Part shown: positions 11,331 to 21,745 of the stretch, piece by piece
Layout of the letters: each line of letters begins with the position of its first letter
How positions within the stretch are numbered: position 1 is the stretch's first letter
Sequence record: NC_054931.1
DNA: 64,000 nt
Direction: 5' to 3' (one strand)
Source of the DNA: Escherichia phage T2
Translations under genes and position numbers: made by a program
Notes under the pieces: generated by a model
Databases searched by the model: none
Told to the model about the DNA's origin: nothing
Seen by the model: the letters and a program-made list of their open reading frames with translations, nothing else

Positions 11331-12842
11331 ATGACTGACATTAAAGTACATTTTTATGATTTTAGTCACGTGAGAATTGATTGTGAAGAAAGTACATTTC
11401 ATGAACTCCGTGATTTCTTTAGCTTTGAAGCTGATGGGTATCGTTTTAATCCGAAATACAAATATGGCCACTGGGATGGACGAATCCGTCTTTTAGATTA
11501 TAATCGTCTTCTTCCATTCGGCTTAGTCGGGCAAATTAAAAAGTTCTGTGATAATTTTGGCTATAAAGCCTGGATTGACCCACAAATTAACGAAAAAGAA
11601 GAATTATCAAGAAAAGATTTTGATGAATGGCTTTCTAAATTAGAAATCTATTCAGGAAATAAAAGAATCGAACCACACTGGTATCAAAAAGATGCAGTGT
11701 TCGAAGGATTAGTTAATCGTCGTAGAATTCTTAATCTTCCAACATCTGCAGGTAAATCTTTAATTCAAGCTTTGCTTGCGCGATATTATTTGGAAAATTA
11801 TGAAGGTAAAATTCTTATCATTGTTCCAACAACTGCTTTAACAACTCAGATGGCTGATGACTTTGTTGACTATCGTTTATTCAGTCATGCAATGATAAAG
11901 AAAATTGGTGGCGGAGCATCAAAAGATGATAAATATAAAAATGATGCACCAGTCGTTGTTGGTACATGGCAAACTGTAGTTAAACAACCGAAAGAATGGT
12001 TCTCACAGTTTGGAATGATGATGAATGATGAATGCCATCTTGCTACAGGAAAAAGTATTTCATCTATCATATCAGGTTTAAATAACTGCATGTTCAAATT
12101 CGGTTTGTCTGGTTCATTACGTGATGGCAAAGCTAATATCATGCAGTATGTTGGAATGTTTGGTGAAATATTTAAGCCAGTAACGACTTCTAAATTAATG
12201 GAAGATGGACAAGTAACTGAGCTAAAAATTAATAGTATTTTTCTTCGCTATCCAGATGAGTTCACTACTAAATTAAAGGGAAAAACTTACCAAGAAGAAA
12301 TAAAAATTATTACTGGGCTCAGTAAAAGAAATAAATGGATCGCTAAATTAGCTATTAAGCTTGCGCAAAAAGATGAAAACGCTTTTGTCATGTTTAAACA
12401 TGTATCGCATGGTAAAGCTATTTTCGATTTAATTAAAAATGAATACGATAAAGTTTATTACGTATCAGGGGAAGTTGATACCGAAACCCGCAATATAATG
12501 AAAACCTTAGCTGAAAATGGTAAAGGAATAATTATAGTAGCTAGTTATGGTGTATTTTCTACTGGTATTTCAGTTAAAAATCTGCATCACGTTGTTTTAG
12601 CGCACGGTGTTAAATCAAAAATCATTGTATTACAAACAATCGGTCGTGTATTACGTAAGCATGGTTCTAAGACAATAGCAACCGTCTGGGACCTCATAGA
12701 TGATTGTGGTGTTAAGCCAAAATCTGCTAATACGAAAAAGAAATATGTTCATTTGAACTATCTTTTAAAACACGGCATTGATCGTATTCAGCGCTACGCA
12801 GATGAAAAATTTAATTACGTAATGAAAACAGTTAATTTATAA
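11331..12842 (+). CDS. uvsW: UvsW SF2 DNA helicase
   Basis: 503 aa ORF; Walker A LPTSAGKS and DECH box; size as T4 UvsW. Confidence 0.95.
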   Translation: MTDIKVHFYDFSHVRIDCEESTFHELRDFFSFEADGYRFNPKYKYGHWDGRIRLLDYNRLLPFGLVGQIKKFCDNFGYKAWIDPQINEKEELSRKDFDEWLSKLEIYSGNKRIEPHWYQKDAVFEGLVNRRRILNLPTSAGKSLIQALLARYYLENYEGKILIIVPTTALTTQMADDFVDYRLFSHAMIKKIGGGASKDDKYKNDAPVVVGTWQTVVKQPKEWFSQFGMMMNDECHLATGKSISSIISGLNNCMFKFGLSGSLRDGKANIMQYVGMFGEIFKPVTTSKLMEDGQVTELKINSIFLRYPDEFTTKLKGKTYQEEIKIITGLSKRNKWIAKLAIKLAQKDENAFVMFKHVSHGKAIFDLIKNEYDKVYYVSGEVDTETRNIMKTLAENGKGIIIVASYGVFSTGISVKNLHHVVLAHGVKSKIIVLQTIGRVLRKHGSKTIATVWDLIDDCGVKPKSANTKKKYVHLNYLLKHGIDRIQRYADEKFNYVMKTVNL

Positions 12843-12862
12843 GGGCTTCGGCCCTTTGGAGA
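12843..12862 (+). terminator. hairpin after uvsW
   Basis: GGGCTTCGGCCC hairpin. Confidence 0.4.
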
Positions 12863-13098
12863 AAAAGATGTTACTAGGATTTAAACAATTTCTTTATGAA
12901 GCTTCTATTGATGAATTTATGGGTAAAATTGCCTCTTGTCAAACATTAGAAGGTTTAGAAGAACTTGAAGCTTATTATAAGAAAAGAGTCAAAGAAACTG
13001 AATTAAAAGATACTGATGACATCTCTGTAAGAGATGCTTTGGCAGGAAAAAGAGCTGAATTAGAAGATTCAGACGATGAAGTAGAAGAAAGCTTTTAA
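12856..13098 (+). CDS. uvsW.1: small acidic protein
   Basis: 80 aa ORF immediately after uvsW, followed by a hairpin terminator. Confidence 0.6.
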   Translation: MEKKMLLGFKQFLYEASIDEFMGKIASCQTLEGLEELEAYYKKRVKETELKDTDDISVRDALAGKRAELEDSDDEVEESF

Positions 13099-13106
13099 AT
13101 TAAAAA

Positions 13107-13138
13107 AGGCCCAACCAAAAAGGAAGGGCCAAAACTAT
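13107..13138. terminator. bidirectional hairpin between uvsW.1 and the uvsY-side genes
   Basis: AAAAAAGGCCC...GGGCC hairpin with A-run and T-run context. Confidence 0.45.
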
Positions 13139-13153
13139 AGACTAAAGGTCACA

Positions 13154-13321
13154 CTATAGCAAAAGTTGTGTTTCATTTAATTGTTCTTCCGAACTTTCTG
13201 AAACTGGTAGTTCTTTAATGTAATTATAGCAAGGCCCAGGATGTACAGGACCTTTGTCTGTTTCAACAACCAATGCAGAATCGATTGGAGTTTTACAGAC
13301 AACACAAATCTTATCTGACAT
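13154..13321 (-). CDS. small Cys-containing protein (about 55 aa)
   Basis: Hand-translated: MSDKICVVCKTPIDSALVVETDKGPVHPGPCYNY...; strong GAGGAGA RBS; not in track because under 60 aa; coordinates approximate. Confidence 0.45.
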   Translation of the reverse strand: MSDKICVVCKTPIDSALVVETDKGPVHPGPCYNYIKELPVSESSEEQLNETQLLL

Positions 13322-13347
13322 GATTGTCTCCTCTGAATTATATCTAT

Positions 13348-13572
13348 TTATACAACTCTCATATGCATATCAATGCCCATATCTTTAGAATAAAAATATT
13401 CATCAAGATATCCGGCAAATTTTCCTTTAATATAAAGGACATCTTCACCACACGGGTGATCGGCCAGGATACGAATATCCTGACGCTTAAGATTATGCTT
13501 TTTCATTAAGAATTGAATCTCAGTTTCAAATTCTTCTTCATAATTAAAAGCATCATCAATGCTATATCTCAT
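13348..13572 (-). CDS. hypothetical protein
   Basis: 74 aa ORF abutting the uvsY stop. Confidence 0.55.
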   Translation of the reverse strand: MRYSIDDAFNYEEEFETEIQFLMKKHNLKRQDIRILADHPCGEDVLYIKGKFAGYLDEYFYSKDMGIDMHMRVV

Positions 13573-13985
13573 TATTTTCCAGCCTCAAATGCCCGCATGT
13601 CTTGAATATGCTTAATAGCAAATCCGCGTGATTTGATAGCATCAAGAGCTCCGCTACAGAAATCTAATAAAATCCCCCAATACTGTAACGAGGTATCAAC
13701 CTTTAAAACATCCTTATCCGCTGATAGAACTGTCTTCATTTCTGATTTCTCGTAACGATCCATACTAAATTCATCACCATCTCCTCGTCCCGAGTAGTAG
13801 TCTAATTTAGCTTTAAGAGCAACTTTTTTCTGTGCGTCAATTCTAAGCATTTCCTTTTTAATACTTGAATGCTTATTAAGCCATTTACTGTATAACATCA
13901 CATTATTAGCTGCTTCATACTGTAATTTAGTTGAATCTATAAACACATCTTTCTTCAATTCTTCTTGAAGATCTTCTAATCTCAT
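13572..13985 (-). CDS. uvsY: recombination mediator UvsY
   Basis: 137 aa ORF, size and sequence as T4 UvsY. Confidence 0.95.
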   Translation of the reverse strand: MRLEDLQEELKKDVFIDSTKLQYEAANNVMLYSKWLNKHSSIKKEMLRIDAQKKVALKAKLDYYSGRGDGDEFSMDRYEKSEMKTVLSADKDVLKVDTSLQYWGILLDFCSGALDAIKSRGFAIKHIQDMRAFEAGK

Positions 13986-14051
13986 ATTGTTCTCTATTCA
14001 ATTGTTATTGGATGGACTTAGATTCATTATACCACGTTTTAACGTGAAGCA

Positions 14052-14450
14052 TTATACCCTATTACTCGAAGCCAGTTGCAGTTTTATCTGCTCAATATCA
14101 TCAGGGTTATCGATGACCGAAAAGCGTATTTCTACTATCAGAGTATAATCATCATAAACTGGTATCACATTAACTGATAATTTATCAATACGTGGCTCAT
14201 AGTTTCTTACTGCGCTTTCGATATTGCGCTCAACCGTGTCAGCAGTAAGAGGAGTCATATTTTCAAAAAGCTGATCTGATAAATCACATCCAAATTCAGG
14301 GTCAAACGGTCTTGAACCTTTTCTTGTTGTAATAATTCCCAAAAGACTGTTTTTAATTGACCTTAATCCAAGTGATCTGGAAACATCTTTGTTCCAATCC
14401 ATTTTCATTTCCGGGTCAATGTCAGAATAAAGCTTATTAATATTTGCCAT
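14052..14450 (-). CDS. 25: baseplate wedge protein
   Basis: 132 aa ORF, size and position as T4 gp25. Confidence 0.9.
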   Translation of the reverse strand: MANINKLYSDIDPEMKMDWNKDVSRSLGLRSIKNSLLGIITTRKGSRPFDPEFGCDLSDQLFENMTPLTADTVERNIESAVRNYEPRIDKLSVNVIPVYDDYTLIVEIRFSVIDNPDDIEQIKLQLASSNRV

Positions 14451-15076
14451 TATAGTAACTCAAAGAACTCTTTGAGGCCTCTTATTACATGAGCATGGGT
14501 TTTTCCACACTCTGGACATTTAATTGGAACAGCCAAATAAACGGTAGGCTTTAAAAGCATATCTTTTATAGCTACAATATCTGACTCTGTGATGATAGAA
14601 TATAAATCTTCTAGTTCTTTTTCATTTAAGTCTTCAACTGGAATGCTTTCACCGTTAGCATGAATCGTTTCTATGCATGATACTATCATGTGGGCTATAT
14701 TTTTATCATCAAAAATTTTAGGGTATCGGAATTTAATTTTAATGTCACCCAGTGTATACCAGAGGTCTTCTGGTGCATCTATTTGTGTATGTAATAGATT
14801 TATATGGGTTGGTATTTCAGTTCCACAGGTGCACTTCCAGGAGTTTTCGTGATTAACTTCTCCAAGAGAATGCGCCCATAAATGAATCAGCAATAGTTCT
14901 GATTCTTGGCGGTTTAAATCTTTTGCATTTGTGCAGTCTTTGATTAGCTTTTTAACAATTACTTCTACGGAACCATTATTTTTGGCAGTAATAAGTTCTA
15001 GATATTCTTTAAGCGTGAATGCGCGACAATTGATTATTTTAGAACCAACTCTCACATCAAATTTGTATTCATACAT
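14450..15076 (-). CDS. 26: baseplate hub protein
   Basis: 208 aa ORF, size and position as T4 gp26. Confidence 0.9.
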   Translation of the reverse strand: MYEYKFDVRVGSKIINCRAFTLKEYLELITAKNNGSVEVIVKKLIKDCTNAKDLNRQESELLLIHLWAHSLGEVNHENSWKCTCGTEIPTHINLLHTQIDAPEDLWYTLGDIKIKFRYPKIFDDKNIAHMIVSCIETIHANGESIPVEDLNEKELEDLYSIITESDIVAIKDMLLKPTVYLAVPIKCPECGKTHAHVIRGLKEFFELL

Positions 15077-15097
15077 ATTTAGCTCCTTTATTTATCA

Positions 15098-15109
15098 TAT
15101 TTATAAATA
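15098..15109. promoter_or_regulatory. divergent late promoter motifs for 51 (+) and 26/25 (-)
   Basis: TATTTATAAATA reads as TATAAATA on both strands in the 26-51 intergenic region. Confidence 0.5.
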
Positions 15110-15126
15110 GAATAAAAGGAGCATCT

Positions 15127-15876
15127 ATGGCAAACATTATTCGTTGTAAATTACCAGATGGTGTTCATCGTTTTAAACCATTTACGGTAGAAGATTATCG
15201 AGATTTTTTGTTAGTTCGAAACGATATAGAACATCGGTCACCACAAGAACAAAAAGAAATAATTACTGATTTAATTGATGATTATTTTGGAGACTATCCG
15301 AAGACTTGGCAACCATTTATATTTTTGCAGGTATTTGTAGGGTCAATAGGTAAAACTAAAGTACCGGTCACATTTGTATGTCCAAAATGTAAAAAAGAAA
15401 AGACAGTTCCATTTGAAATATATCAAAAAGAATTAAAGGAACCTGTTTTTGATGTAGCTAATGTTAAAATTAAATTAAAGTTTCCTTCTGAGTTTTATGA
15501 AAATAAAGCAAAGATGATTACTGAAAATATTCATTCTGTTCAAGTAGATGAAATATGGTATGATTGGAAGGAAATTAGTGAATCAAGCCAAATAGAACTT
15601 GTTGATGCCATCGAGATAGAAACATTAGAAAAAATTCTCGATGCAATGAATCCTATTAATTTAACTCTACATATGTCATGCTGTAATAAGTACATTAAAA
15701 AATACACTGATATAGTAGACGTGTTTAAGCTGTTAGTTAACCCAGATGAGATATTTACTTTTTATCAAATTAATCACACACTCGTAAAAAGTAATTATAG
15801 CTTAAATTCAATAATGAAAATGATTCCTGCCGAGCGCGGATTCGTATTAAAACTGATTGAGAAGGATAAACAATAA
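15127..15876 (+). CDS. 51: baseplate hub assembly protein
   Basis: 249 aa ORF divergent from 26; late promoter motif in the shared intergenic region. Confidence 0.9.
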   Translation: MANIIRCKLPDGVHRFKPFTVEDYRDFLLVRNDIEHRSPQEQKEIITDLIDDYFGDYPKTWQPFIFLQVFVGSIGKTKVPVTFVCPKCKKEKTVPFEIYQKELKEPVFDVANVKIKLKFPSEFYENKAKMITENIHSVQVDEIWYDWKEISESSQIELVDAIEIETLEKILDAMNPINLTLHMSCCNKYIKKYTDIVDVFKLLVNPDEIFTFYQINHTLVKSNYSLNSIMKMIPAERGFVLKLIEKDKQ

Positions 15877-17051
15877 TGAGTATGTTGCAACGCCCCGGAT
15901 ATCCAAATCTCAGCGTTAAATTATTTGATAGCTACGACGCTTGGAGTAATAATAGATTTGTTGAATTAGCTGCTACTATTACCACATTAACTATGCGGGA
16001 TTCTCTTTATGGACGAAATGAAGGAATGCTGCAGTTTTATGATTCTAAAAACATCCATACAAAAATGGATGGAAATGAAATAATTCAGATTTCTGTAGCT
16101 AATGCAAATGATATTAATAATGTTAAAACACGAATTTATGGATGTAAGCATTTTTCCGTGTCAGTAGATTCAAAAGGTGATAACATCATTGCTATTGAAT
16201 TGGGAACTATTCATTCTATAGAAAATCTTAAATTTGGTAGACAATTTTTCCCTGATGCAGGTGAATCTATAAAAGAAATGCTTGGTGTCATTTATCAGGA
16301 TCGCACATTATTAACTCCAGCAATAAATGCTATAAATGCTTATGTTCCTGATATTCCATGGACTAGCACATTTGAAAACTATTTGTCATATGTAAGAGAA
16401 GTTGCTCTAGCTGTAGGAAGCGACAAATTTGTATTTGTATGGCAAGACATCATGGGAGTTAACATGATGGACTATGATATGATGATAAATCAAGAACCAT
16501 ATCCAATGATTGTCGGTGAGCCATCTTTAATAGGTCAATTCATCCAAGAATTAAAATATCCATTAGCATATGATTTCGTTTGGTTGACTAAATCGAATCC
16601 TTACAAACGTGATCCAATGAAAAATGCTACTATCTATGCTCATTCATTTTTAGATTCTTCACTGCCAATGATTACTACAGGAAAGGGTGAAAACTCTATT
16701 GTAGTGTCAAGATCAGGTGCTTATTCTGAAATGACTTATAGGAATGGATATGAAGAAGCTATTCGTCTTCAAACTATGGCACAATATGACGGTTATGCTA
16801 AATGTTCTACTGTCGGTAATTTTAACTTGACTCCTGGTGTTAAAATTATTTTTAATGATAGTAAAAACCAATTTAAAACAGAATTTTACGTTGATGAAGT
16901 TATCCATGAATTATCCAATAATAATTCAGTAACTCATCTATATATGTTCACTAATGCAACGAAACTGGAAACAATAGACCCAGTTAAGGTTAAAAATGAA
17001 TTTAAATCTGATACTACCACTGAAGAAAGTAGTTCTTCCAATAAGCAATAA
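15876..17051 (+). CDS. 27: baseplate hub protein
   Basis: 391 aa ORF, size as T4 gp27. Confidence 0.9.
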   Translation: MSMLQRPGYPNLSVKLFDSYDAWSNNRFVELAATITTLTMRDSLYGRNEGMLQFYDSKNIHTKMDGNEIIQISVANANDINNVKTRIYGCKHFSVSVDSKGDNIIAIELGTIHSIENLKFGRQFFPDAGESIKEMLGVIYQDRTLLTPAINAINAYVPDIPWTSTFENYLSYVREVALAVGSDKFVFVWQDIMGVNMMDYDMMINQEPYPMIVGEPSLIGQFIQELKYPLAYDFVWLTKSNPYKRDPMKNATIYAHSFLDSSLPMITTGKGENSIVVSRSGAYSEMTYRNGYEEAIRLQTMAQYDGYAKCSTVGNFNLTPGVKIIFNDSKNQFKTEFYVDEVIHELSNNNSVTHLYMFTNATKLETIDPVKVKNEFKSDTTTEESSSSNKQ

Positions 17052-17529
17052 AGAAGTTTCTATTCCTAAAATGGGTCTTAAACATTATAACATTTTAAAG
17101 GATGTTAAAGGTCCTGATGAAAATTTAAAACTTCTTATTGATTCTATTTGTCCGAATTTATCACCGGCAGAAGTTGATTTCGTTTCTATTCATTTATTGG
17201 AATTTAATGGAAAGATTAAATCTCGTAAAGAAATAGATGGCTATACTTATGACATTAATGATGTTTATGTATGCCAAAGATTAGAATTTCAATACCAAGG
17301 AAATACATTTTATTTTAGACCTCCTGGAAAATTTGAACAATTTTTAACGGTGAGCGATATGTTATCTAAATGCTTGCTTAAGGTCAACGATGAAGTTAAA
17401 GAAATTAATTTTCTTGAGATGCCAGCATTCGTTTTAAAATGGGCAAATGATATTTTTACAACTTTAGCAATTCCTGGCCCTAATGGTCCAATAACCGGAA
17501 TTGGCAATATTATTGGATTATTTGAATGA
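16996..17529 (+). CDS. 28: baseplate hub distal protein
   Basis: 177 aa ORF overlapping the end of 27, size as T4 gp28. Confidence 0.85.
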   Translation: MNLNLILPLKKVVLPISNKEVSIPKMGLKHYNILKDVKGPDENLKLLIDSICPNLSPAEVDFVSIHLLEFNGKIKSRKEIDGYTYDINDVYVCQRLEFQYQGNTFYFRPPGKFEQFLTVSDMLSKCLLKVNDEVKEINFLEMPAFVLKWANDIFTTLAIPGPNGPITGIGNIIGLFE

Positions 17530-19298
17530 AAAAGCCACAAGAAATGCAAACGATGCGTAGAAAAGTTATTTCAGATAATAAACCAACACAGGAAGCGGCT
17601 AAATCCGCTTCTAACACTTTATCTGGACTTAATGATATATCTACGAAATTGGATGATGCTCAAGCTGCTTCTGAATTAATAGCTCAAACTGTCGAAGAAA
17701 AATCGAATGAAATAGTTGGAGCAATTGGTAACGTAGAAAACGCAGTGAGTGATACTACTGCCGGTTCTGAGTTAATTGCTGAAACTGTCGAAATTGGCAA
17801 CAATATTAATAAAGAAATCGGTGAATCACTCGGAAGCAAATTAGATAAATTAACAAGTTTACTAGAGCAAAAAATTCAGACAGCTGGAATTCAACAGACT
17901 GGAACTAGTTTAGCCACAGTTGAAAGCGCTATTCCTGTTAAAGTCGTTGAGGATGATACTGCTGAATCTGTGGGTCCTTTATTACCGGCTCCCGAAGCAG
18001 TTAATAATGATCCTGACGCTGATTTTTTCCCTACCCCTCAGCCAGTTGAACCCAAACAAGAATCGCCAGAAGAAAAACAGAAAAAAGAAGCATTTAACTT
18101 AAAATTATCTCAAGCTTTAGATAAATTAACAAAGACTGTTGATTTTGGATTTAAGAAATCCATTTCAATTAGTGATAAAATATCAAGCATGTTATTTAAG
18201 TACACCATCAGTGCTGCTATTGAAGCTGCTAAAATGACTGCAATGATATTGGCTGTTGTTGTTGGAATAGACCTGTTGATGGTTCACTTTAAATATTGGT
18301 CAGATAAATTTTCAAAAGCCTGGGATTTATTTAATACTGACTTTACTAAATTCTCTAGCGAAACCGGAACTTGGGGTCCTTTATTACAGAGCATCTTTGA
18401 TTCTATTGATAAAATTAAACAACTTTGGGAAGCGGGAGATTGGGGTGGATTGACAGTAGCTATTGTTGAAGGGCTTGGAAAGGTTCTTTATAATTTAGGA
18501 GAACTTATTCAGCTTGGAATGGCTAAATTATCTGCGGCAATTCTTCGAGTCATTCCTGGCATGAAGGATACTGCTGATGAAGTAGAAGGAAGAGCACTAG
18601 AAAATTTCCAAAATTCTACTGGAGCATCTCTCAATAAAGAAGACCAAGAAAAAGTAGCAAATTATCAAGATAAACGAATGAATGGAGACCTTGGCCCAAT
18701 AGCAGAAGGACTAGACAAAATCTCTAACTGGAAAACTCGTGCATCTAACTGGATTCGTGGTGTAGATAATAAAGAAGCACTGACTACTGACGAAGAACGT
18801 GCAGCAGAAGAAGAAAAATTAAAGCAGCTTTCACCTGAAGAAAGAAAAAATGCTTTAATGAAGGCCAATGAAGCTCGTGCCGCGATGATTCGTTTTGAAA
18901 AATATGCTGATTCAGCTGATATGAGTAAAGACTCAACGGTTAAATCAGTTGAAGCTGCCTATGAAGACCTTAAACAGCGGATGGATGACCCGGATTTAAA
19001 TAATTCGCCGGCAGTTAAAAAAGAACTTGCTTCTAGATTTGCTAAAATTGATGCTACTTATCAAGAGCTCAAGAAAAATCAGCCTAATGCCAAACCTGAA
19101 ACTTCTGCTAAATCACCAGAAGCGAAACAGGTCCAGGTTATTGAAAAGAACAAAGCACAACAAGCTCCTGTTCAACAAGCATCTCCTTCAATCAATAATA
19201 CTAATAATGTTATTAAGAAAAATACTGTCGTTCATAATATGACACCTGTTACGAGCACAACTGCTCCTGGTGTATTTGGCGCGACTGGAGTTAATTAA
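17526..19298 (+). CDS. 29: tail tape measure / baseplate hub protein
   Basis: 590 aa ORF, size as T4 gp29. Confidence 0.9.
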   Translation: MKKPQEMQTMRRKVISDNKPTQEAAKSASNTLSGLNDISTKLDDAQAASELIAQTVEEKSNEIVGAIGNVENAVSDTTAGSELIAETVEIGNNINKEIGESLGSKLDKLTSLLEQKIQTAGIQQTGTSLATVESAIPVKVVEDDTAESVGPLLPAPEAVNNDPDADFFPTPQPVEPKQESPEEKQKKEAFNLKLSQALDKLTKTVDFGFKKSISISDKISSMLFKYTISAAIEAAKMTAMILAVVVGIDLLMVHFKYWSDKFSKAWDLFNTDFTKFSSETGTWGPLLQSIFDSIDKIKQLWEAGDWGGLTVAIVEGLGKVLYNLGELIQLGMAKLSAAILRVIPGMKDTADEVEGRALENFQNSTGASLNKEDQEKVANYQDKRMNGDLGPIAEGLDKISNWKTRASNWIRGVDNKEALTTDEERAAEEEKLKQLSPEERKNALMKANEARAAMIRFEKYADSADMSKDSTVKSVEAAYEDLKQRMDDPDLNNSPAVKKELASRFAKIDATYQELKKNQPNAKPETSAKSPEAKQVQVIEKNKAQQAPVQQASPSINNTNNVIKKNTVVHNMTPVTSTTAPGVFGATGVN

Positions 19299-19306
19299 GG
19301 AATAAT

Positions 19307-20401
19307 ATGGCAATTGTTAAAGAAATAACTGCTGATTTAATTAAAAAGTCCGGTGAGACAATTTCAGCCGGACAGAGCACTAAATCAGAAGTAGGAATTA
19401 AAACATACACAGCCCAGTTTCCAACTGGGCGTGCTAGTGGTAATGACACTACAGGGGACTTCCAGGTAACAGATCTATATAAGAATGGATTATTATTTAC
19501 TGCATACAATATGTCATCTAGGGATTCTGGAAGTCTTAGATCGATGAGATCTAACTACTCTTCTTCATCTTCGAGTATTTTACGTACAGCCAGAAACACT
19601 ATTAGTAGTACAGTATCAAAACTATCAAATGGATTAATATCAAATAATAATTCAGGAACAATAAGTAAAGCTCCTGTCGCAAACATTCTTTTACCGAGAT
19701 CTAAATCTGATGTTGATACATCATCACATAGATTTAATGATGTTCAAGAAAGCCTTATCAGTAGAGGCGGAGGTACTGCTACTGGAGTGCTAAGTAATAT
19801 TGCTTCAACCGCAGTATTTGGGGCGTTGGAAAGTATAACACAAGGTATAATGGCTGATAATAATGAACAGATTTATACGACAGCCAGAAGTATGTATGGT
19901 GGTGCTGAAAATAGAACTAAAGTGTTTACATGGGATTTAACTCCACGTTCAACAGAAGATTTAATGGCTATTATTAATATCTATCAATATTTTAACTATT
20001 TTTCTTATGGTGAAACGGGTAAATCTCAATATGCTGCTGAAATAAAGGGGTATTTAGATGATTGGTATCGTTCTACGTTAATTGAACCTTTATCTCCGGA
20101 AGACGCAGCTAAAAATAAAACACTATTTGAGAAAATGACATCGAGTTTAACTAACGTTCTAGTAGTTTCAAACCCGACGGTTTGGATGGTGAAAAACTTT
20201 GGTGCAACATCTAAGTTTGATGGAAAAACGGAAATATTTGGTCCATGCCAAATACAGAGCATCAGATTTGATAAAACACCTAACGGTAACTTTAACGGAT
20301 TAGCTATTGCTCCAAATCTCCCTAGTACATTTACTCTCGAGATTACTATGAGAGAAATTATCACGTTAAACCGTGCTTCTTTATATGCGGGGACTTTTTA
20401 A
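19307..20401 (+). CDS. 48: baseplate-tail tube junction protein
   Basis: 364 aa ORF, size and position as T4 gp48. Confidence 0.9.
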   Translation: MAIVKEITADLIKKSGETISAGQSTKSEVGIKTYTAQFPTGRASGNDTTGDFQVTDLYKNGLLFTAYNMSSRDSGSLRSMRSNYSSSSSSILRTARNTISSTVSKLSNGLISNNNSGTISKAPVANILLPRSKSDVDTSSHRFNDVQESLISRGGGTATGVLSNIASTAVFGALESITQGIMADNNEQIYTTARSMYGGAENRTKVFTWDLTPRSTEDLMAIINIYQYFNYFSYGETGKSQYAAEIKGYLDDWYRSTLIEPLSPEDAAKNKTLFEKMTSSLTNVLVVSNPTVWMVKNFGATSKFDGKTEIFGPCQIQSIRFDKTPNGNFNGLAIAPNLPSTFTLEITMREIITLNRASLYAGTF

Positions 20402-21366
20402 TGTATTCTTTAGAGGAATTTAATAATCAAGCAATAAACGCAGATTTCCAACGTAATAATATGTTTAGCTGCGTTTTTGCAACAACTCCATCAACTAAAA
20501 GCTCTTCGTTGATAAGTTCAATTAGCAACTTTTCTTATAATAACTTGGGCCTAAATTCAGATTGGTTAGGATTAACTCAAGGTGATATTAATCAGGGAAT
20601 TACAACGCTAATTACAGCTGGCACACAAAAACTAATAAGAAAATCGGGGGTTAGTAAATATCTTATTGGTGCCATGAGTCAACGTACAGTTCAAAGTTTA
20701 TTAGGCTCATTTACAGTTGGTACATATTTAATTGACTTCTTTAACATGGCATATAACTCATCTGGATTGATGATATACTCTGTAAAAATGCCAGAGAATA
20801 GATTATCCTATGAAACTGATTGGAACTACAACTCTCCTAATATTCGTATAACTGGGAGAGAATTAGACCCTTTGGTTATTTCATTTAGAATGGATTCAGA
20901 ATCGTGTAATTACCGTGCAATGCAAGACTGGGTTAATGCTGTTCAAGACCCAGTAACTGGATTACGTGCTCTGCCACAAGATGTCGAGGCAGATATCCAG
21001 GTTAATCTTCATTCTCGTAATGGATTGCCTCATACTGCGGTGATGTTCACCGGATGTATTCCAGTGTCAGTGAGCGCTCCTGAGTTATCATATGATGGAG
21101 ATAACCAAATAACTACATTTGATGTTACTTTTGCGTATAGAGTCATGCAGGCTGGAGCAGTTGATAGGCAAGCTGCGCTTGAATGGCTTGAATCTGCTGC
21201 TATAAATGGTATTCAAAGCTCTTCTGGAAATAATGGAGGTGTTACTGAACTATCTAGTTCGCTTTCACGACTTAGTAGATTAGGAGGAACTGCAGGAAGC
21301 ATTTCAAACATTAATACTATGACAGGGATTGTCAATTCGCAGAGTAAAATATTAGGAGCAATATAA
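20401..21366 (+). CDS. 54: baseplate-tail tube initiator
   Basis: 321 aa ORF, size and position as T4 gp54; hairpin terminator downstream. Confidence 0.9.
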   Translation: MYSLEEFNNQAINADFQRNNMFSCVFATTPSTKSSSLISSISNFSYNNLGLNSDWLGLTQGDINQGITTLITAGTQKLIRKSGVSKYLIGAMSQRTVQSLLGSFTVGTYLIDFFNMAYNSSGLMIYSVKMPENRLSYETDWNYNSPNIRITGRELDPLVISFRMDSESCNYRAMQDWVNAVQDPVTGLRALPQDVEADIQVNLHSRNGLPHTAVMFTGCIPVSVSAPELSYDGDNQITTFDVTFAYRVMQAGAVDRQAALEWLESAAINGIQSSSGNNGGVTELSSSLSRLSRLGGTAGSISNINTMTGIVNSQSKILGAI

Positions 21367-21367
21367 C

Positions 21368-21400
21368 AATGGGGACCTTTCGGTCCCCATATTTTTATTT
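21368..21400 (+). terminator. rho-independent terminator after gene 54
   Basis: GGGGACC-TTTC-GGTCCCC hairpin followed by ATATTTTTATTT. Confidence 0.65.
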
Positions 21401-21685
21401 ACGGAATGAAATGAAAGCAGAAACTGAAGCAACTAAACTGTCTTCAATATAAACTTCAATTTTTACCGGAGCTTCTGACTCAAATTTACCTGTTACTACA
21501 CCCTGGAAAATGCTTTCAGTCTGTTCTGGCTTTGAAAAATTTTCAGAAGGAAAAATTCCGAACTTTTTATCTGTTCCAAAAATTTTAATAAATTCATCGT
21601 AAACCGCTTCGTTAAAAGCATTATCAGCAGGAATAACGCCTTCAACTACAAGTTCTTGACCTAAAAAGCGCAAAGAAGATTTCAT
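21395..21685 (-). CDS. hypothetical protein (T4 alt.-3 position)
   Basis: 96 aa ORF with GAGGAA RBS and an early-type promoter upstream. Confidence 0.6.
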   Translation of the reverse strand: MKSSLRFLGQELVVEGVIPADNAFNEAVYDEFIKIFGTDKKFGIFPSENFSKPEQTESIFQGVVTGKFESEAPVKIEVYIEDSLVASVSAFISFRK

Positions 21686-21689
21686 TTTG

Positions 21690-21745
21690 TGTTCCTCATG
21701 TTATGTCAGTAAGATTATTATAACACAACATAAGGAACTTGTAAA
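21690..21745 (-). promoter_or_regulatory. early promoter and conserved leader upstream of ORF 21395..21685
   Basis: GTTTACA, 17 nt, TATAAT, same leader as the alc copy. Confidence 0.5.
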
